A stretch of DNA of 32,000 nt, from the NCBI GenBank assembly GCA_028710695.1, contig JAQTTP010000002.1, positions 92,373 to 124,372 of the forward strand, written 5' to 3'. The stretch comes from Candidatus Iainarchaeum sp. GTDB taxonomy: Archaea; Iainarchaeota; Iainarchaeia; Iainarchaeales; 0-14-0-20-30-16. Below the pieces are notes generated by a model. The model was not told the DNA's origin. It saw only the letters and a list, made by a program, of their open reading frames with translations, and searched no databases. This document shows, piece after piece, positions 29,056 to 32,000 of this stretch. Both the position numbers and the translations under genes were made by a program. The stretch's first letter is position 1. Every line of letters starts with the position of its first letter.

Positions 29056-30588
29056 TCACCTTATTAAACTTTCAATCATTTCTTTTGGTTTCTTTATTTT
29101 CAAATAATCCAATATTGTTGGAGCAATGTTTCCTAATACTCCATTACTCTGCAACTTTATTTTTTTTCCTTCTTCAGAAATGAAAATAAATGGAACTTTA
29201 TTTAAAGTATGTGATGTATGCGGGTTCCCATTCTTATCAATCATTTGCTCTATATTTCCATGATCCGCAGTTATAATCCAAACCCATTTTTTTAGGTCTA
29301 ATTTTTTATAAATCTCTTTCAAGCAAAAATCCAGGGTCTTTACTGCCTTTATTCCTGCTTTCAGATTTCCAGTATGCCCCACCATATCCCCATTTGCATA
29401 ATTTTGTATAATAATATTAAATTTATTTTTCTTTATTGCATTAGTTACATATTCTGTAATTTCTTTTGCCGACATTTCTGGCTCCAGGTCATAAGTTCTA
29501 ACCCGCGGAGATGAAATTATTTTTCTTGTTTCACCCTTAAAAGGATTTTCCTTTTTCCCAGAGAAAAAGTAAGTTACATGCGCATATTTTTCTGATTCTG
29601 CAATTCTTAACTGTGTTAATCCTGCTTTAGAAACTATTTCACCCAAAGTATTTTTTGGAATTTCTAGATTAAACAGACACCCTTTTTTGTATTCTGGATA
29701 ATATGAAATAAAAGAAAAATAATTGGCATTTATTTTTTTAAAACCTTTTTGCACAGGTTTTTCTAGTTGCCCTAAAAACGCTTTTGTTAATTGCCTCATT
29801 CTGTCAGATCTAAAATTAAAATTAATAATTGAATCTCCGTTTTTTATTATTCCATTTTTGTCAAACAAAACAGGTTCAAAGAATTCATCATAAATTTTTT
29901 TTGAATAACTTTCTTTTATTGCAGTTCTCCAAGAATTACTTTTTTTGCCGTTGCCAGCAATATAAAGATTGTATGCTTTTTCAGTTCTTGCCCATCTTTT
30001 GTCTCTATCCATTGCATAAAATCTTCCAATTAAAGAAGCAATCTTTCCAACTTTTAATTTCTTTATTTCTCTTTCTAACTCTGCAATACATTTTCCTTCT
30101 GATTTTCTGCCTGCATCTCTTCCATCAGAGATTATATGAATATAAACATTTTTTTTCTTTTTTTCTTTTAAAAGTTTTAATAATACGATCAAGTGGTTCA
30201 TATGTGAATGAACCCCCCCATTAGAAACCAAGCCCAACAGATGTATTGATTTTGTTTGTGGAACTTTATCTATAAACTTTAACAACTTTTTGTTCTTAAA
30301 AAAAGAGCCGTCATTAATCATTTCATCAATAATTGCTAACTCTTGTTTAACAATTCTTCCGGATCCAATATTTATATGGCCCACCTTAGAACTACCCATA
30401 TATCCATCCAAAAGCCCAACATAATGCTGAGAGGCTTCTAGTTTTGACATTGGAAATGTTGAAACAAGAGAATTATAAAAGTTTAAATCTGCAAGTTCTA
30501 TTGCATTTCCTGTTTTTTTAGGATTTGCAGAGCTTAAACCCCAGCCATCAAGAATAGTAAGCAAAACATTTTTTTCAATTTTTCTCAT
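29056..30588 (-). CDS. gpmI: 2,3-bisphosphoglycerate-independent phosphoglycerate mutase, bacterial GpmI type
   Basis: ILDGWGLS, GHINIGSGRIV, GLVSNGGVHSH, ISDGRD, SEKYAHVTYFFSG, NYANGDMVGHTG, ITADHGN. Confidence 0.9.
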   Translation of the reverse strand: MRKIEKNVLLTILDGWGLSSANPKKTGNAIELADLNFYNSLVSTFPMSKLEASQHYVGLLDGYMGSSKVGHINIGSGRIVKQELAIIDEMINDGSFFKNKKLLKFIDKVPQTKSIHLLGLVSNGGVHSHMNHLIVLLKLLKEKKKKNVYIHIISDGRDAGRKSEGKCIAELEREIKKLKVGKIASLIGRFYAMDRDKRWARTEKAYNLYIAGNGKKSNSWRTAIKESYSKKIYDEFFEPVLFDKNGIIKNGDSIINFNFRSDRMRQLTKAFLGQLEKPVQKGFKKINANYFSFISYYPEYKKGCLFNLEIPKNTLGEIVSKAGLTQLRIAESEKYAHVTYFFSGKKENPFKGETRKIISSPRVRTYDLEPEMSAKEITEYVTNAIKKNKFNIIIQNYANGDMVGHTGNLKAGIKAVKTLDFCLKEIYKKLDLKKWVWIITADHGNIEQMIDKNGNPHTSHTLNKVPFIFISEEGKKIKLQSNGVLGNIAPTILDYLKIKKPKEMIESLIR

Positions 30589-30609
30589 GATAAAAAAAGC
30601 AGGTATTTA

Positions 30610-31773
30610 TTAATAAACCTTTTGAACTGAATCTAACTTCTTTTTTAGTCCAGAAATTAAAGATATCACTGTTTTCATCCTTGATTCCTTCAATAGGGTT
30701 GCATAAGCACGAATTCTTAAGATTTGTATTTGACTTTCAAGAGTTTTTCCTAAGTAAACAGATATTATCCCTGGAATCTTTACGCCCTCCAAAATTTTTA
30801 TTCCTGCACTAACGTCCCCGGTTGTTAATTCTAAAGCCGCCCAGCCAAGCCCAATTCTGGGAGAATATTTTGAATCAGAATATGCCTTTCTAAATAGCTC
30901 TCTTGCAAGTAGTTTATTTTCTTCAAACATAATTAATGCATAAGTATAGTCAACTTCAAATGTGTGGCTTTGTCGCATTAGTTCTTTAATTTTCTCTTTT
31001 GCTGCGTTTTTGTCAAGGCCTGCCAGAGTATTATATTCTGTATTAAACCTAAAATAATTTTCTAAATCGTGAGTTTCAAAAGCAACGTCTTCTTCTAACA
31101 AAGGCATAAATTTTCCTTGCATTGTTTCATATCGATAATTCCTGCCATCTAATTTTACATACAAAAAACCATGGCCATATCTGTGCCCATATAAGAAATC
31201 AACATTTTTTAAGTTCATTGTACGCAAGGTTTCCAAAAATAAAATAGTTCCAATATCACAATCTCTTTTTTTTCTAGAGTGGGCTTCAAAAAAATCAGCA
31301 ATTGTTGCTTCTGTAGAATTTATTGCAGGTAATTTTTCATTCAAAACAGCATACATCTTTCCAAGAATTTCTTCCAACTCTCTAACTGAAGTTACCTGAC
31401 GCTTATAATATGGTTTTCCCGCTCCAAACATTTTTGTAACAATTTCTTTATGAAACACAACTGCCCGATTATGTTTTTCTTTAGAATAAAGTGCTGCTTG
31501 TCTATAAAAAATTCGATCCAAAGAAAACGGCCTTTTTGACTCTATTGTAGTCCTTACTTCTTTAGTATATGCTCTTTCAACCGGTTTATGCTCACGTAAT
31601 CCTGCCCATGCCGCTAAGCCAGCAGCAACAGCCCCAACACCAATTGCTACTTTTCTTCCTACTTCTCTTAGTCTTTTAGGCATTTCAATCACATTTTTTG
31701 GGGTCTTTTGTAGGGATTTTTCTTTGGTGAACTTACGGGCTTTTATAGCCCTGTTTTTCTTTTGATGGACCAA
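30610..31773 (-). CDS. Membrane-anchored hypothetical protein; possible transglutaminase/papain-like Cys-His core plus helical-repeat C-terminus
   Basis: The track's start is a TTG at 31773; the first ATG gives MPKRLREVGRKVAIGVGAVAAGLAAWAGL at 31683 (basic n-region plus TM). RDCDIGTILFLETLR...YGHGFLYVKLDG...YET resembles a C/H/(D,E) core. The function is a weak inference. Confidence 0.5.
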   Translation of the reverse strand: MVHQKKNRAIKARKFTKEKSLQKTPKNVIEMPKRLREVGRKVAIGVGAVAAGLAAWAGLREHKPVERAYTKEVRTTIESKRPFSLDRIFYRQAALYSKEKHNRAVVFHKEIVTKMFGAGKPYYKRQVTSVRELEEILGKMYAVLNEKLPAINSTEATIADFFEAHSRKKRDCDIGTILFLETLRTMNLKNVDFLYGHRYGHGFLYVKLDGRNYRYETMQGKFMPLLEEDVAFETHDLENYFRFNTEYNTLAGLDKNAAKEKIKELMRQSHTFEVDYTYALIMFEENKLLARELFRKAYSDSKYSPRIGLGWAALELTTGDVSAGIKILEGVKIPGIISVYLGKTLESQIQILRIRAYATLLKESRMKTVISLISGLKKKLDSVQKVY

Positions 31774-31775
31774 GA

Positions 31776-31803
31776 AAACATTTTGCTGTTAGGCAAAATG
31801 TTT
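31776..31803. other. Perfect 11-bp hairpin AAACATTTTGC-TGTTAG-GCAAAATGTTT
   Basis: Lies between the tRNA-Ser trailer and the annotated start of 30610-31773. A second hairpin, AACTTTTC-TTT-GAAAAGTT, follows at about 31817-31835. Confidence 0.7.
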
Positions 31804-31846
31804 CTGGGTCAGAAGAACTTTTCTTTGAAAAGTTGCTTCTTACTGG

Positions 31847-31874
31847 AGCTTTTCTTTTCCAAAAAAGAAAAGCT
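31847..31874 (-). terminator. tRNA-Ser 3' trailer hairpin with T-run
   Basis: The minus strand after the discriminator reads TCTCTAAGCTTTTCTTTTTTGGAAAAGAAAAGCT. The stem AGCTTTTCTTTT/AAAAGAAAAGCT is 12 bp. Confidence 0.55.
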
Positions 31875-31880
31875 TAGAGA

Positions 31881-31964
31881 CGCAGGGAAAGGGATTCGAA
31901 CCCTTGCCTCCTTACGGAGACTCGGTCTCAAGCCGAGCGCGTTGGACCACTTCGCTACCCCTGC
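31881..31964 (-). tRNA. tRNA-Ser (UGA), type II with long variable arm
   Basis: Acceptor GCAGGGG/TCCCTGC (one G-U pair), anticodon stem CTCGG/CCGAG with loop CTTGAGA, variable arm TCTCCGTAAGGAGGC, T-arm AAGGG TTCGAAT CCCTT, discriminator G. 84 nt. Confidence 0.9.
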
Positions 31965-31967
31965 CTA

Positions 31968-31985
31968 GCCTTTTTCAAAAAAAGG
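31968..31985 (-). promoter_or_regulatory. tRNA-Ser 5' leader palindrome abutting the mature 5' end
   Basis: The minus-strand upstream flank is TTTTGGCAGACTGTGCCTTTTTTTGAAAAAGGCTAG. The stem is GCCTTTTT/AAAAAGGC. This flank parallels the tRNA-Met leader TTTTGGCAAACTTAGCCTTTTGTAAAAGGCTAGG. Confidence 0.6.
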
Positions 31986-32000
31986 CACAGTCTGCCAAAA

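Noticed and set aside
1-32000. Alternative genetic code or recoding (in-frame stops, selenocysteine, programmed frameshifts)
   Set aside because: All motif-bearing genes are uninterrupted under the standard code and end at normal stops. I saw no pair of adjacent same-family fragments that would require readthrough or a frameshift.

Overview
AT-rich, very gene-dense archaeal window. Archaeal identity rests on a TFB/TFIIB gene, an intron-containing tRNA, a pilin candidate with a class III (KKG|Q) signal peptide, and two FlaI/TadA-type ATPase loci. The compaction and the mix of bacterial-type envelope and metabolic genes suggest a small-genome (DPANN-like) archaeon; that is inference only. I call 29 protein genes (23 on the minus strand) and 3 tRNAs. 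I found no rRNA, CRISPR array, transposase or integrase. From left to right: (1) a MacB-type ABC operon, with a secreted multi-Ig-like protein, two paralogous FtsX permeases and an ATPase truncated at the window edge. (2) A tRNA-Met(CAU, 66-nt intron) / tRNA-Cys island packed with short palindromes. (3) A ~10 kb co-directional surface block: tandem DsbA-like oxidoreductase, Epd/Tad-like pilus core (ATPase plus two single-domain T2SSF proteins), two LtaS/EptA-like membrane transferases, a processive GT2 with QRIRW, and a membrane thioredoxin-like protein. (4) tfb. (5) A second type IV pilus-like operon: 765-aa ATPase, 752-aa polytopic platform protein, pilin candidate, Nudix hydrolase and a 280-aa unknown. 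(6) Housekeeping and accessory genes: methyltransferases, rubrerythrin, JAMM protease, GNATs, a free-standing ThrRS-editing-domain-like protein, bacterial-type iPGM. (7) tRNA-Ser(UGA) at the right edge. The most interesting signals are the surface block and the conserved palindromic leader, trailer and promoter-proximal modules around the tRNA genes. All family calls come from motifs read by eye in the translations. No database search was run.
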